From Octopus sinensis (Eukaryota), in contig NC_043011.1 in NCBI RefSeq assembly GCF_006345805.1, positions 34,236,464 through 34,300,463 on the forward strand: a stretch of 64,000 nt of DNA, written 5' to 3'. The position numbers and the translations under genes were made by a program. A model generated the notes under the pieces. That model made no database searches. It was not told the DNA's origin and saw only the letters and a list, made by a program, of their open reading frames with translations. Positions 63,139 to 64,000 of the stretch are shown in pieces. Position 1 is the stretch's first letter. The number at the start of each line of letters is the position of its first letter.

Positions 63139-63512
63139 TTGCGTCAGAAATTAATTAGCACTTCTCAAATTTCTACATTAAATAGGTTAAATCAATTAAG
63201 CTATGAGCTGTTCAAAACGTCTTACGCGATGAGAAAACTTAGTATGGTGTGATTTCGGTCCTTGCGAGGCGCTACCTATATCTATTAAACAAAGGAAGAT
63301 TTGTCTGCATCCGCACTCCAAGTTGTTGCACTGCTATGTCAACATCATAAGGCTGTAGACTCTCAAACTGCTCTGCAAACAAAGTTACGTCATCGTTCTG
63401 CGCAACAGTGAACTCGCAACAAAGCAATAGTTCGAGATATGGCCACTAGGTGACAGCACATACCTTGAGTGAAGAGCAAATCAAGGGTGCTAATTAATTT
63501 CTGACGGTAGTG
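63136..63512. mobile_element. Tc1/mariner-type MITE (377 bp)
   Basis: 26-bp TIR CACT(TG/AC)CGTCAGAAATTAATTAGCAC flanked by TA on both sides. Confidence 0.85.
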
Positions 63513-64000
63513 TATATATACATACGCTGGCACATGCACATATACATACATGCAAGCATACCCATCCATACATACACATACGTATGCACACACAAATGTG
63601 TGTATGCATGTATGTGTTCAAATTAAGCAAAAACAACAAATGTTTGCGTGTGTGTATGTGTGTGTCTGCAGGTGTTGTGTGTACGCGCATGTGTGGTAAG
63701 CGTGTGTGGAATGCTTATGAATAATGTAACCGCAAACAGAACCAACAATTAATCAAAGCAAATATTTGACATATTGAAAATAGGTCAAAGAATAAAGGTT
63801 ACTTTGTTGTATTTTATTACAATAAATTTTATTAAAATATTATATCATATGGCATGGTTAGAAAGTGTGCCGCTGGGTGTAACCCTTGACTTTTCCATCC
63901 CCTTGCTCCTTTTCATTCTATACAGGCTCATGTAGCAGACTCAGAAGTGTTGCTTGGTGAGACCGTCCCTCTCACCTCTTCCCAGCTACATATCATCTGC

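Overview
AT-rich animal genomic DNA, probably an octopus or other coleoid cephalopod (inferred from the SINE/RTE/microsatellite landscape). Most of it is repeat: RTE, CR1, R4/Dong-like and Penelope retroelement remnants, several tRNA-SINE families, Mariner, Merlin and hAT fossils, MITEs and microsatellites. Nearly all ORF-track entries are microsatellite or transposon artefacts. Reading splice signals by hand reveals two paralogous, convergent, three-coding-exon genes that the ORF track misses: gene A (+, 25065-29320, 75 aa) and gene B (-, 45030-41566, 82 aa). Both encode a signal peptide, an acidic propeptide, a KR cleavage site and a mature peptide with C-X3-C-X11-C-X3-C. That is the cysteine spacing of cystine-stabilised alpha/alpha (helix-loop-helix) toxins such as framework-14 conotoxins. 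The two genes share intron phases and a 115-nt middle exon, differ most in the inter-cysteine loop, and each has a candidate TATA box plus non-coding first exon. A ~3.1 kb A4T4-phased composite satellite lies between them, along with an orphan duplicate of gene A's promoter. Five hammerhead-ribozyme motifs occur in Penelope termini, and an HDV-like ribozyme candidate occurs in an RTE 5' UTR.
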